Shown here in pieces: positions 38,175 to 48,012 of a DNA stretch of 64,000 nt. Position 1 is the first letter of the stretch. The number at the start of each line of letters is the position of its first letter. Source of the stretch: Chloroflexota bacterium. Lineage in GTDB: Bacteria > Chloroflexota > Dehalococcoidia > Lucifugimonadales > UBA3495. Position numbers and translations under genes: made by a program. The notes below the pieces were generated by a model. It saw nothing but the letters and a program-made list of their open reading frames with translations, made no database searches and was not told the DNA's origin. The DNA lies in assembly GCA_027623675.1 (NCBI GenBank), contig JAQBVF010000009.1, forward strand, positions 42,113 to 106,112, written 5' to 3'.

Positions 38175-38753
38175 CTAACTCCTGAGCGCCAAAACCAGAC
38201 TGTTGCGGGCTTCCACGCTGGCTGGATGGATGGTCCCGCCCCTGGCAAGACGGTTTGCCATCTCCCGAGATAGAAACTCCAACAGCGCCAGGTCCAGGCT
38301 TTCCCGGGCCATATCGCGAAGTTCGGCCTGGTAGGAATAGACCGCCGCCTTCTGAGAGTCCAGCTTGTCGGCCAGGAACACCAGCTTGCCCAACGGGTCC
38401 AACGAAGCATGGGCCGTCGAGTGCCAGCGCACCGCTTCATAAAGGCTGTCGTCGGCCAGGCCGTCCTCCCGTCGGAGCAGTTCGGCGCCCACCGGACCGT
38501 GCAGCAGCAGGGGAAAGTCTTTCTCGACCTCGCTAACGGATACGCCCAGATCAGCAGACATCTTCAGGAGGTCATCTCCGGCCACAGCGCGGCAGACATC
38601 ATGGGCCAACGCGCCAAGCTCGGCGCGTTCGGCGGGAATGTTGTGACCGGCGGCCAATTCCAAGGCCACGTCGCGCACCCGGTAGATGTGCGCCTGCAGG
38701 CCGTCGGGCAGGGAAGCCAAACGCTCTTGCAGCCGCTGGAGCAGGTCGGGCAC
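38175..38753 (-). CDS. yqeK: HD-domain Ap4A hydrolase (YqeK-like)
   Basis: AHIYRV, LAHDVCR, LLHGPVGA, AVRWHST, VFLADK. Confidence 0.85.
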   Translation of the reverse strand: MPDLLQRLQERLASLPDGLQAHIYRVRDVALELAAGHNIPAERAELGALAHDVCRAVAGDDLLKMSADLGVSVSEVEKDFPLLLHGPVGAELLRREDGLADDSLYEAVRWHSTAHASLDPLGKLVFLADKLDSQKAAVYSYQAELRDMARESLDLALLEFLSREMANRLARGGTIHPASVEARNSLVLALRS

Positions 38754-38758
38754 TTGTT

Positions 38759-39109
38759 CTAGCCCATCGCTCCCAGTTTCTTACCGCCCAACAGGTGCAT
38801 GTGAGGATGGGTGATCTCCTGGCCCGAGTCGCTGCCCTGGTTTACCACCAGCCGGTAGCCGCTGAGGGCGACTCCCTCACGCCGGGCGATCTCCTCGGCA
38901 ACCACGAACATATGGCCCATGATGGGCACCTGTCCGGGACCCACGTAGGCCAGCGAGGCGATGTGCATGTTGGGGATGATTAACATATGCACCGGCGACT
39001 TGGGGTTGATGTCTTTAATGGCAAAGACCCGGTCGTCCCGGTAAACCGGGGCGGAGTGCATCGGGTCTTGGGCCATGTTGCAAAATATGCATTGAGCGGT
39101 GGTGGTCAT
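38759..39109 (-). CDS. HIT family nucleotide-binding protein
   Basis: CIFC, DINPKSPVH, GYRLVVN, GQEITHPHMHLLGG. Confidence 0.93.
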   Translation of the reverse strand: MTTTAQCIFCNMAQDPMHSAPVYRDDRVFAIKDINPKSPVHMLIIPNMHIASLAYVGPGQVPIMGHMFVVAEEIARREGVALSGYRLVVNQGSDSGQEITHPHMHLLGGKKLGAMG

Positions 39110-39159
39110 GCCGGGCTCGCCTCCGTGGAATTATTGGGGTGGATACCGTGTCTAAACGG

Positions 39160-40296
39160 CTATTCGTCGTCCACATGCTGCAGGGCTATCTCTTTGTGGA
39201 CGTTGGCGTCGCCGTAGGTCAACTCGTGGACCTTGGCCCGCCGGGTGTATAGCTGCAGGTCGTAATCTTTGGTGAAACCGATGGCGCCGTGGCATTGGTG
39301 CGCCGTGCCGCACACCCGCCGGTATGCCGGGCCGATCCAGGCCTTGGCCATGGCGACCCCTTTCTTGGCCGGCAGACCCTCAGCCAGCCGCCACGCCGCT
39401 TGGTAGGCGATGTTCTTGGAGCCTTCGACGTCCGTGGCCATGCGCGCGCAGTGGTGCTGCACAGCCTGGAAGCTTCCGATGGGACGGCCGAATTGGGTGC
39501 GGCCCTTGGCGTATTCGACGGTCATCTCCAACACGGCCTGGGCGCCGCCCAGCATCAGGATGCACTGGGCCGCCGTGGCCCGCAGGATGGCCCGGTCCAA
39601 GATGGGCCAACCCTGGCCAACGCCGCCGATAACCGAGTCGGCGGGAAGTTGTACCTGGTCCAAGTTCACTTCAAACACCCGCTCGTGGCCGATCGAGCGC
39701 ATGGGCATTATCTCCAAGCCGGCAGTACCTGACGGCATCAAGAAAAGGGTGATGCCATCGGCCGGGTCGGACCCTGACGATGTCCGTGCCGCGACAATCA
39801 TCATATCGGCGGCCTCGGCGTCGGGAACGAACAGCTTGGTTCCGGTAACCTCATAGCCGTCGCCCTGTTTGCTGGCCGAGGCTTGTATCCCCCAGGGTTC
39901 GTAGGTGGCGCTGGCTTCATTTAAGGCCATGGTCATGGTCAAAGTGCCGGCACAGATACGGCCCAGCAGGTCATCCTTCTGCGCCTCGGAGCCGCCGTCG
40001 AGCACGGTCATGCCGCCAAGGACCACGGTGGAGACGAAGGGGCCGGGGGCCAACGAGCGGCCGATCTCTTCCAGCAGCACACTCAGGTCAGCGAAATTCC
40101 CCCCGGTGCCGCCGTACTGCTCGGGGAAGGCCACGCCGGTCCAGCCAAGACCAATCATCTGGCGCCAAAGGTCATCGGTGTACCCGCGCGAGTCGCCTTC
40201 CATCTCCCTGACGTGGGTGAGAGGGCACTCACGGGACAGGAAATCCTGGGCGCTGGTCTTGAGCATCTGCTGTATCTCGGTTAGGCCCAGGTCCAT
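39160..40296 (-). CDS. Acyl-CoA dehydrogenase family protein
   Basis: PEQYGG, RTQFGRPIGSFQAVQH, QCHGAIGFT. Confidence 0.93.
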   Translation of the reverse strand: MDLGLTEIQQMLKTSAQDFLSRECPLTHVREMEGDSRGYTDDLWRQMIGLGWTGVAFPEQYGGTGGNFADLSVLLEEIGRSLAPGPFVSTVVLGGMTVLDGGSEAQKDDLLGRICAGTLTMTMALNEASATYEPWGIQASASKQGDGYEVTGTKLFVPDAEAADMMIVAARTSSGSDPADGITLFLMPSGTAGLEIMPMRSIGHERVFEVNLDQVQLPADSVIGGVGQGWPILDRAILRATAAQCILMLGGAQAVLEMTVEYAKGRTQFGRPIGSFQAVQHHCARMATDVEGSKNIAYQAAWRLAEGLPAKKGVAMAKAWIGPAYRRVCGTAHQCHGAIGFTKDYDLQLYTRRAKVHELTYGDANVHKEIALQHVDDE

Positions 40297-40395
40297 CTCG
40301 TTTCTCCATTCCGAATCATCAACGCAGGTTCGTGCCTATGCCTGGCACGTTAAGCGCGGACAGTATAGCCCATCGCCCTGCGGCAGGGTAGGGGT

Positions 40396-40782
40396 TTAGG
40401 CCTTGGACGCCTCAACCTCAACCACGATCTCAACCGGGGTGTTGCGGGCGACGATTATCTCCATGTTTTCGGCGCCGTCATTGATCGGCTGATGGACGGC
40501 ATCCGCCGGCACGTAGATGAAGTCGCCAGGGCCGATGGGCAACTCAGTCTCCAGGTTGTCGCCAATGACGAACCGCCCGGTTCCCTTGACCACGTAGATG
40601 GCCGACTCGCAATTGACGTGGTAGTGGGCGCTGGAGGCACAGTGGGGCGGGATGGTGGCGATGGCCAGGTGGATGCCTGTGGACCCGGTAAGTTTCTCGG
40701 AAACGCCGGCCAGCCGCGTCATGGCGCCGGATTGAATCTCGACCTCCAGGCCGTCTGGATGGACCACTTTTATCTCGGGCAT
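40396..40782 (-). CDS. Cupin domain protein
   Basis: AHYHVNCESAIYVVKG, GPGDFIYVPADAVHQPIN. Confidence 0.9.
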   Translation of the reverse strand: MPEIKVVHPDGLEVEIQSGAMTRLAGVSEKLTGSTGIHLAIATIPPHCASSAHYHVNCESAIYVVKGTGRFVIGDNLETELPIGPGDFIYVPADAVHQPINDGAENMEIIVARNTPVEIVVEVEASKA

Positions 40783-40838
40783 GTCTAGAACTCCTGGGTG
40801 ATGTCTAAAACCTGATGTCTAAATGCTGATGTCTAGAA
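40780..40838. repeat. Four copies of (TG)ATGTCTARA, the last three with 14-bp period
   Basis: Copies at ~40780, 40799, 40813 and 40827 span the whole intergenic region, including the upstream stop and downstream start. Confidence 0.8.
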
Positions 40839-41999
40839 GCTGCGGACCATTTTGTCCAACTGGCAGATGGCCTTCTGGATGTTCTCCCGGGAGTTGGCGT
40901 AGGAAAGGCGGACGTATCCCTCGCCGTACTCGCCGAACGCGCTGCCCGACAGCAGAGCAACCCCGGCGTCATTCATGGCCCGCTCTTCGAACTGGGCGCT
41001 GGTTAGGCCGGTCTCTTTGATGCTGGGAAAGACGTAGAATGCGCCCTCTGGCTCCGGACAATTGATGCCGGGGATGCTGCGAAGTCCGTCGGTGATCAGC
41101 CGGCGGCGCAGGCCGAATTCGGCAATCATGGCCTCGACTTCGTCCCTGGGTCCTTCCAGCGCCGCCACTGCCGCCATCTGGGTGAAGGATGCCACGCAAG
41201 AAACGCTGTTCGCCGCCAGATTCACCAGGTGGGGCACTAACTCCTCCGGCAATATTCCGTAGCCCATTCGCCAGCCGGTCATGGCATAGCTCTTGGAGAA
41301 CCCGTCCAGGATGATGGTGCGCTCCTGCATTCCGGGGATGGACGATATGCTGAAGTGCTCGCCGGTGTAGAGGATGTCTTTGTAGATCTCGTCGGCCATG
41401 ACGTAGAGGTTCGGGTGCTGCTTGACCACGTTGGCGATGGTCTCCAACTCCTGCCTCGTCAGGGCTGATCCGCAGGGGTTCTCCGGAGAGTTCAATATCA
41501 GCAGCCGGGTTTTGTCGGTGATCAAGCCGGGAAGAGCGTCCAGGTCGGGGTGGTAGTCCTTCTCTTCCAGAAGCCTCATTGGCACCGGTGTGGCGCCGGA
41601 AAACTTAATCATGGACTCATAGATGGGAAAGCCAGGGTTGGGGTAGATGACCTCAACGCCGGGCTCGGCCAGGGCCAGCAGCACGTAGAACATGATGGGC
41701 TTGGCGCCGGGCGTCACCACCACGTGGGCCGGGTCGGTGTCCGTCCCGCGGACCTCACGGCTGTTCCGGGCGATGGACTCGCGGAGTTCGGGCAACCCGG
41801 CGGTGGGGCCGTAGTGGGTGAAGCCGTCGCTGATGGCCTGCATGCCGGCTTCGACGATGTGCCGGGGCGTCTCGAAGTCGGGCTCGCCGATCTCCAGGTG
41901 GATTATCTCCTTGCCCTGGGCCTCCAATGCCCGGGCCTTGGCCAGCACTTCAAATGCCGACTCCGAGCCCAGGTCGTTCATGCGGGCGGCTACTGTCAT
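40833..41999 (-). CDS. PLP-dependent aminotransferase class I/II (aspartate aminotransferase-like)
   Basis: GEPDF, NSPENPCG, DEIY, GFSKSYAMTGWRMG, PEGAFYVF. Confidence 0.94.
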   Translation of the reverse strand: MTVAARMNDLGSESAFEVLAKARALEAQGKEIIHLEIGEPDFETPRHIVEAGMQAISDGFTHYGPTAGLPELRESIARNSREVRGTDTDPAHVVVTPGAKPIMFYVLLALAEPGVEVIYPNPGFPIYESMIKFSGATPVPMRLLEEKDYHPDLDALPGLITDKTRLLILNSPENPCGSALTRQELETIANVVKQHPNLYVMADEIYKDILYTGEHFSISSIPGMQERTIILDGFSKSYAMTGWRMGYGILPEELVPHLVNLAANSVSCVASFTQMAAVAALEGPRDEVEAMIAEFGLRRRLITDGLRSIPGINCPEPEGAFYVFPSIKETGLTSAQFEERAMNDAGVALLSGSAFGEYGEGYVRLSYANSRENIQKAICQLDKMVRSF

Positions 42000-42214
42000 C
42001 GGTCCTCCGGGATCAAGAACTTCCTGTTTAAGATTCGCTTAAGAACCCACGCCCGCACCCGCTCACCAATCAACGATCCACGCCACACTCCACTTGCCAT
42101 CAACCAATCAACGCAAGACGCCGTTCATCCTGAGATTGTCAAAGAATCTAGCCTGTCGCGATCTGGCGCTGTGTTTCCGTGGGCGCCATTCTCAGTCCGG
42201 ATACTCAGGCCTCT

Positions 42215-43405
42215 TTATTCAGACTGGACCTGGTTCTCGGTGCGCACGGACAGCCCGTAGATCTTGATGAAACCCTCGGCTGAGCCGTGGTCGAACTCGT
42301 CGGTCCGGTCGTAGGTGGCCAGGCCGTGGTTGTACAGGGCTTTGGGGGAGCGGCGTCCCACCACCGTTGCGGTCCCCTTGTGGAGGCGGACCTTGATGTC
42401 GCCGGTGACGAACCGCTGGGTGCTCTGCACATAGGCGTTCAGATCGGCGCGGTGGGCGGTGAACCAAAGGCCGTTGTAGACCACATCGGCGTATTCCTGG
42501 GCGATGCGGGCCTTGGTTCGGGCCTGGTCCCGGGTCAGCGTCATGGTTTCAAGGGCGGTGTGGGCCGTATGCAGCAGTGTGGCCGCCGGGCATTCGTATA
42601 TCTCCCGCGACTTGATGCCGACCAGCCGGTTCTCCATATGGTCGATACGCCCGATGCCGTGCTGGCCGGACAGAGTGTTCAGATGCCCAACCAGGCCGGC
42701 GCCGGCCATGCTTTCGCCGTCGACCGCCGTGGGGACGCCGGACTCGAAGTGAATCTCCACATAGGACGGTTCGTCGGGGGTTTCGGACACCGGATTGGTC
42801 CAGGCGTAAGCATCTTCGGGGGGTTCCAGCCACGGGTCTTCCAACTCCCCAGCCTCAACGCTGCGGCCCCACAGGTTCTCGTCGGTGGAGAACCGGCTGC
42901 GGTTGGCGTTGATGGGCAGGTTGCGTGCCTGGCCGTACTCGATCTCGTCGTCCCGGCTCATGCCCCAGTCGCGTATGGGCGCGATGACCTCAATCTCCGG
43001 TCCCAGCGCGGCGATCCCGACCTCCAAGCGCACCTGGTCGTTGCCCTTGCCGGTGCAGCCGTGGGCGATGGCGTAAGCGCCGTGGGTTTTGGCCGCCTCC
43101 ACCAGGTAGCGGGCGATCAGCGGGCGTCCCAGGGCGGTAGCCAGCGGGTATTGTCCTTCGTAGACCGTGCCGGCCTGAAGCGACGGAAAGAGGAACTCGT
43201 TGACCAGCGTGTCCTTGCCATCGACGGTCAGGGCTTCCAGCGCCCCGATACTGAGCGCGCGTTGCCGGATGGACTCCAAGTCCACCATGCCAAGGTCGAT
43301 GGTCAAGGTGATTATGTCGGCGTCGTATCTCTCCTGCAGCCAAGGGACCGCCACTGTGGTGTCCAGTCCCCCACTGTAGGCCAATACTATCTTCGGTTTT
43401 GCCAT
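42215..43405 (-). CDS. argG: Argininosuccinate synthase
   Basis: LAYSGGLDT, HGCTGKGNDQVR, DENLWGRS, ENRLVGIKSREIYE. Confidence 0.97.
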   Translation of the reverse strand: MAKPKIVLAYSGGLDTTVAVPWLQERYDADIITLTIDLGMVDLESIRQRALSIGALEALTVDGKDTLVNEFLFPSLQAGTVYEGQYPLATALGRPLIARYLVEAAKTHGAYAIAHGCTGKGNDQVRLEVGIAALGPEIEVIAPIRDWGMSRDDEIEYGQARNLPINANRSRFSTDENLWGRSVEAGELEDPWLEPPEDAYAWTNPVSETPDEPSYVEIHFESGVPTAVDGESMAGAGLVGHLNTLSGQHGIGRIDHMENRLVGIKSREIYECPAATLLHTAHTALETMTLTRDQARTKARIAQEYADVVYNGLWFTAHRADLNAYVQSTQRFVTGDIKVRLHKGTATVVGRRSPKALYNHGLATYDRTDEFDHGSAEGFIKIYGLSVRTENQVQSE

Positions 43406-43451
43406 TAGTTAGTTAGGTTGCTCCAATAACTACGTTTCATTTCGGGCCGTG

Positions 43452-43681
43452 CTAGCGGTCAAGAATCTCCGTGAACTCAGTTGGCGTGACTTGAGCGTCC
43501 CTTAGTATCTTCCGCATCAGCCCTCGGCCGATGTCCTGGCCGCTATGCACGCGGCAGTCACGATTCTATTATCCGGATGCCTTAGTCTCAGGTGCCTGCC
43601 ACGCTGACTGATTACTCGGAAACTCGGTACCTCAAGGACACCGATGATGGGCAAAGCATGTAAGACAGGAAATCGAGCCAT
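43452..43681 (-). pseudogene. hicA: HicA toxin pseudogene (1-nt frameshift)
   Basis: MARFPVL...SQRGRHLRLRHPDNRIVTA / VHSGQDIGRGLMRKILRDAQVTPTEF; 230 nt, frame change near 43550. Confidence 0.75.
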
Positions 43682-43687
43682 AAAGGC

Positions 43688-43905
43688 TTAGACTTGGATA
43701 CCGCCAAATTCTGGTAGGCCGCTGTCGGACTCTTCCTCGAGACACATCCTTATAACCTCTTAACCTCTCGGATGTTAGGCACCACACCGTCAAGGGTCTT
43801 CCCCTGGGTGTAGCAGACCTTCAATTGAGGCACTTCTCCGACGAAGTACCCGTCTTCGTCTTTTTCGATGACTACATAGAATTCGCGGAATTCGCGATCT
43901 GGCAT
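43688..43905 (-). pseudogene. hicB: HicB antitoxin pseudogene (8-bp duplication frameshift)
   Basis: FYVVIEKDEDGYFVGEVPQLKVCYTQGKTLD; removing one TAACCTCT copy (43753-43768) restores NIREVIRMCLEEE...GIQV*. Confidence 0.8.
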
Positions 43906-43933
43906 GACGGCCTCCAGTTCCTCGGACCCGGCC

Positions 43934-45124
43934 CTAGATGGTCGCCAGCGCGCTGCCCAAACGCTCAACCGCCTGGTCAATCTCTTCCCTGGTGACCGTC
44001 AGCGGCGGCATGAAGCGGATGGTGGTGGGCCGGGGCGCGTTCAGCAGCAAACCGGCCTCATTGGTGGCGGTCAGCACCTGGGGCGATATCTCGCTCTCAA
44101 ATTCCATGGCGGCCAGCAAACCCTTGCCGCGGACCTCGGAGATGAAAGAGAACCGCTCCTTGAGCCCGTTCAGGCTTGCCAGCAGATACGGCTCCATCTC
44201 CTTGGTCTTGCCGGGGATGTCGTTATCGATGAGGAACCGGGTCCCCGCGTAGGCGGCGGCGGTGGTCAGCATGTTTCCGCCGAACGTCGAGCCGTGGTCG
44301 CCAGGCACCAAGGCCATGCAATGCTCCTTGGACAGGAACGCGCCGATGGGCACGCCGTAGCCCAGGCCCTTGGCCAGAGTCATAACGTCGGGCTCGATGC
44401 CGTATTCCTGGTAGCCAAACAAACTGCCCAACCGGCCCATGCCGGTCTGGACCTCGTCCAGTATCAGCAGGATCCCTTGCTTATCGCACCAGTCCCTGAC
44501 CCGTTGCAGATAGTCGGGCGCGGGGATGATCACCCCTGCTTCGCCCTGCACCGGTTCGATCATGACCGCCGCCGTCTTGTCGGTGGTGGCTTCCATAATG
44601 GCTTCCACATCGTTGTAGTCGACATGGACGAACCCTGGCAGCAGGGGGGTGAAGTTCTCTTGATAGTGGGGCTGGCCGGTGGCGGCCACGGTTCCCATGG
44701 TCCTGCCGTGGAAGGAGTTCAGGGCGGTGATGATCTCGTAGGCGCCATCACGGTTGATCTTGCCGTAGCGGCGCGCCAGCTTCATAGCGCCTTCGTTGGC
44801 CTCGGCCCCGCTGTTGCCGAAGAAGACCCGGTCCAGGGCGCTGTTCTCGATCAGCGTTTCGGCCAACTGAAGCTGGGGCACGGAGTAAAACTGGTTGGAC
44901 ACCTGCACCAGAGTGGCGGCCTGATCGGCGATGGCCTTGGTCACCACTGGATGGCAATGCCCCAGTTGGTTAACGGCCCAGCCGGCCACGAAGTCCAGAT
45001 ACTCTTTGCCGTCGGCGTCCCACGCCCGGGTGCCCTCGCCCCTGACCAACACCACCGGCTGGCGGCGCACGGTCTGGGCATAATACTTCTTCTCTACGTC
45101 GATCCAATCGCTGCTCTTGCTCAT
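43934..45124 (-). CDS. argD: Acetylornithine aminotransferase
   Basis: NSGAEANE, SFHGRT, EPVQGEAG, DEVQTGMGR, TLAKGL, HGSTFGGN; arg-cluster context. Confidence 0.92.
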   Translation of the reverse strand: MSKSSDWIDVEKKYYAQTVRRQPVVLVRGEGTRAWDADGKEYLDFVAGWAVNQLGHCHPVVTKAIADQAATLVQVSNQFYSVPQLQLAETLIENSALDRVFFGNSGAEANEGAMKLARRYGKINRDGAYEIITALNSFHGRTMGTVAATGQPHYQENFTPLLPGFVHVDYNDVEAIMEATTDKTAAVMIEPVQGEAGVIIPAPDYLQRVRDWCDKQGILLILDEVQTGMGRLGSLFGYQEYGIEPDVMTLAKGLGYGVPIGAFLSKEHCMALVPGDHGSTFGGNMLTTAAAYAGTRFLIDNDIPGKTKEMEPYLLASLNGLKERFSFISEVRGKGLLAAMEFESEISPQVLTATNEAGLLLNAPRPTTIRFMPPLTVTREEIDQAVERLGSALATI

Positions 45125-45224
45125 TTCAGGTCTCCTCCCCAGGTTTCCGGCCAGTCATTCCGGCCGATCATTCCGGCCAACGATTCCAGTAGGTGTTTCA
45201 CAGCCCGTCAGATCTGTTCAGGGC

Positions 45225-47960
45225 CTAAGGCTGGTTCGTGTCCATCGAGTCCCGTAAGCGGTCGACCGCATCTTGAAGCTCCTTCAGGGCTTCATCCAGT
45301 CCGGTAACCGCATCTTCGATAACCCGCAGGTCCTCCAAACTTGGAACTGCCTGGCCGTCCACACCTACCCCTCCGGCACCCGAAGGCGAACCATCAAGAG
45401 GTTCCCCGCCCTCCAGCAGCATGGCCAATCCCTCGCCGACGCTGTCAGCCATAACCACGTTGCTGCCGTCGGCCAGGATAACCTTCTTCAGCTGCGGAAA
45501 TGCCAGCACTTCCGACTGGAGATATAAAGGCTCCACATAGATTATCGCATCGCCCACCGGTATGACCAGTAGCTGGCCGCGAATGATCTGAGACCCGGCC
45601 CCCGTCCACAATGTAAACTGCTGGGAGATGGCCTGATCATTCTCTATCCGGGCCTCCACCTGGCTGGGCCCGTCGACCTGCGGATCGCTGGGCACCGTGA
45701 AGGCGTTGAGCTTGCCGTAGTTTGCGCCGTCGTTCCGGGCGGTCAGCCAGCCGACCAGGTTCTTCTTCTCGCCGGCCGGGGTGAAGGGCAACATTAACAC
45801 AAACTCTGCGCTATCGCCGCCGGGCATCTGCAGTATCAGATAGGAGGGGTGGATCGGCACGCTCCGCTTGCCGAACCCGGTCTGCACCGGTACGCCCCAC
45901 TGGTCGGCCTGGTTGAAGAACACCAACGGATCGGTGATGTGATACCGCAGATACATGCCGGCCTGACGTGCGAACAGCCCGTTGGGGTAGCGGATGTGGG
46001 CCTGGAGGTCCTTGGGCATCTGGTCGAAATCCAAGAACAGACCGGGGAAAGCGCGGCGGTACATCTGCAGCAGCGGGTCGTTGGTATCCATGACATAGAT
46101 GGACACTTCCCCGGTGTAGGCGTCAACCACCGCTTTGACGCTGTTCCTGATGTAATTGAATCCGGCTTCAGTTTGGGTGGAATAAGGGTAGCGGTCGGTG
46201 GTCGTGAAGGCGTCCTGCAGCCACCACAGTTTGCCGGCCTCGTCCACCACTGGGTAGGGGTCTTCGTCCATGGTCAAGAATGGGGCCAAAGCCTGCACCC
46301 GGTCGCTTATCTGACGCCGGTATTGGATGCGGGTATCCGAGGATATCTGGTCGCTGAGCATGATGTTGATATCCAAAAACTGCCAGGCATAAGCCAGGCG
46401 CCGGAAGGTCGAACCCAGGGAGACGCCGCCGTCGCCATCGTAGTGGACTTCGCTTGCAGAAGGGTCTATCTCTGGCGCCGAGCTGTTCACGATGGCAAAG
46501 GGCGCCGGCGATTCCCCGTAATACAACTCCGGCCTGACGATGGGAATCTCCCCTCGGATCGGTATGTCCTGGATCAGGAATTCGGGGCGTCCCTCGTCGG
46601 GGGTGAAACCGGTTGCCGGGCTCATGGCTACGCCGTACCCGTGGGTGTACTGGAGGCGGCGGTTCACCCAGTTGCGGGCGTCGGCGGGTAGGCGCTCCGG
46701 GTCCAGCTCGCGTGCCGCCAACAGCACCTGCCGCAGCTGTCCGTCCACAACGTAGCGGTCCGAGTCCATGTTCAGGAAGTTGTAATACAGCTCCATGAAT
46801 TGGAGTTGGTTGTAGGCGTCGCCCAGCGGCTCCGCGTCCCAGAGGCGTATGTTCTCGATGACCGACCGGTTGTCGGCGATCAACTTGGCGTCGATGTTGC
46901 CCACCGCAGGCACGGCGGTCTCTTCCACTTGGTCCAGTTGGTAGGCGGCCCTGGTGGCCTGGATGTTCCGCTCGATGTAGGTCTTCTCCCGGTCGAACTC
47001 GTTGGGGTCAACCTGGAAGCGCTGGAACAGGGCGGGGAAGGCCAGGTTTGCCAAGAGCAACATGATGACCCAAAGACTGAACGACCCAGCGATGAGCCGG
47101 AGGCCGCCGAAACGGTAGCTGATGAAGAAAGCCCCCGCACTAATAGACGCGATACCGGTCATCAGCCAGAGCACCGGGATGCGGGCGTGGATGTCGGCAT
47201 ACCCGGCCCCTGCCACCAGCCCTCCCGGCGTTACGACCATCTCGTAGACGTTCAGAGCATGCCCAGCGGCTATGCTCAACATCAGCAGGCCGCCCAGGAT
47301 GGCTATGTGCTTCAACATCCGGGGCGCTAGGAAGAAGTTCAGCCCCCGCAGACCGTAGATCCCAGCGTAGAGCAACAGCGACATCACCACGGAGGTGATG
47401 AGGATGCCCATCACCCAACCTTGGATGAAATTCAGCATCCGTAAGGTGACTATGTAGAACGACAGGTCGTTGCCGAATTCGGCGTCGGACACCCCGAAGG
47501 AAACCTTGTTGAAGAACAGGAGGAAGGTATCCCAGCGTCCTTCGGCGGCCGATCCGAATATGGGCGCGGCAGTCAGGACCGTTATGACCGCCGCCGCCGC
47601 CAATAGCGCCTGCAGCAGCCGCATTGAATCGTCGGACACGGCCAGGGAAGAAGGGCCTCTGGAGAACCGGAAAGTGAAATAGAAGTTGACCAACAAGGCC
47701 GCGGCAGTGACCGCCGTCCCGCCGATGAAGAGCCAGACCTTCAACACCAGTATCTTGGTAAAGGCATCCCGGTAGCCCAACTCGCCGAACCACAGCAGGT
47801 CGGTGTAGACCGTGCGCAGCCACCACAAGATCAGGAACGCAAACAGAAGCCCAACGGCAATGATGCTGCCTTTACGGACCCGCCGCAGCATTACCGCCGA
47901 TATTCCCGGCAGCGCCGGTCCTTCCGGGTGGTCGGCGTCGTTTGTCAGATCGTGGCTCAT
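45225..47960 (-). CDS. UPF0182 family membrane protein
   Basis: NIRLWD, YTHGYG, FNYIRNSVKAVVDAY, HIRYP, YVEPLYLQS; N-terminal TM segments. Confidence 0.93.
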   Translation of the reverse strand: MSHDLTNDADHPEGPALPGISAVMLRRVRKGSIIAVGLLFAFLILWWLRTVYTDLLWFGELGYRDAFTKILVLKVWLFIGGTAVTAAALLVNFYFTFRFSRGPSSLAVSDDSMRLLQALLAAAAVITVLTAAPIFGSAAEGRWDTFLLFFNKVSFGVSDAEFGNDLSFYIVTLRMLNFIQGWVMGILITSVVMSLLLYAGIYGLRGLNFFLAPRMLKHIAILGGLLMLSIAAGHALNVYEMVVTPGGLVAGAGYADIHARIPVLWLMTGIASISAGAFFISYRFGGLRLIAGSFSLWVIMLLLANLAFPALFQRFQVDPNEFDREKTYIERNIQATRAAYQLDQVEETAVPAVGNIDAKLIADNRSVIENIRLWDAEPLGDAYNQLQFMELYYNFLNMDSDRYVVDGQLRQVLLAARELDPERLPADARNWVNRRLQYTHGYGVAMSPATGFTPDEGRPEFLIQDIPIRGEIPIVRPELYYGESPAPFAIVNSSAPEIDPSASEVHYDGDGGVSLGSTFRRLAYAWQFLDINIMLSDQISSDTRIQYRRQISDRVQALAPFLTMDEDPYPVVDEAGKLWWLQDAFTTTDRYPYSTQTEAGFNYIRNSVKAVVDAYTGEVSIYVMDTNDPLLQMYRRAFPGLFLDFDQMPKDLQAHIRYPNGLFARQAGMYLRYHITDPLVFFNQADQWGVPVQTGFGKRSVPIHPSYLILQMPGGDSAEFVLMLPFTPAGEKKNLVGWLTARNDGANYGKLNAFTVPSDPQVDGPSQVEARIENDQAISQQFTLWTGAGSQIIRGQLLVIPVGDAIIYVEPLYLQSEVLAFPQLKKVILADGSNVVMADSVGEGLAMLLEGGEPLDGSPSGAGGVGVDGQAVPSLEDLRVIEDAVTGLDEALKELQDAVDRLRDSMDTNQP

Positions 47961-48012
47961 GGATTATTCAACAGATGGCCCAGGCCGACAGCATCACGGC
48001 CAAAAATGGGGT

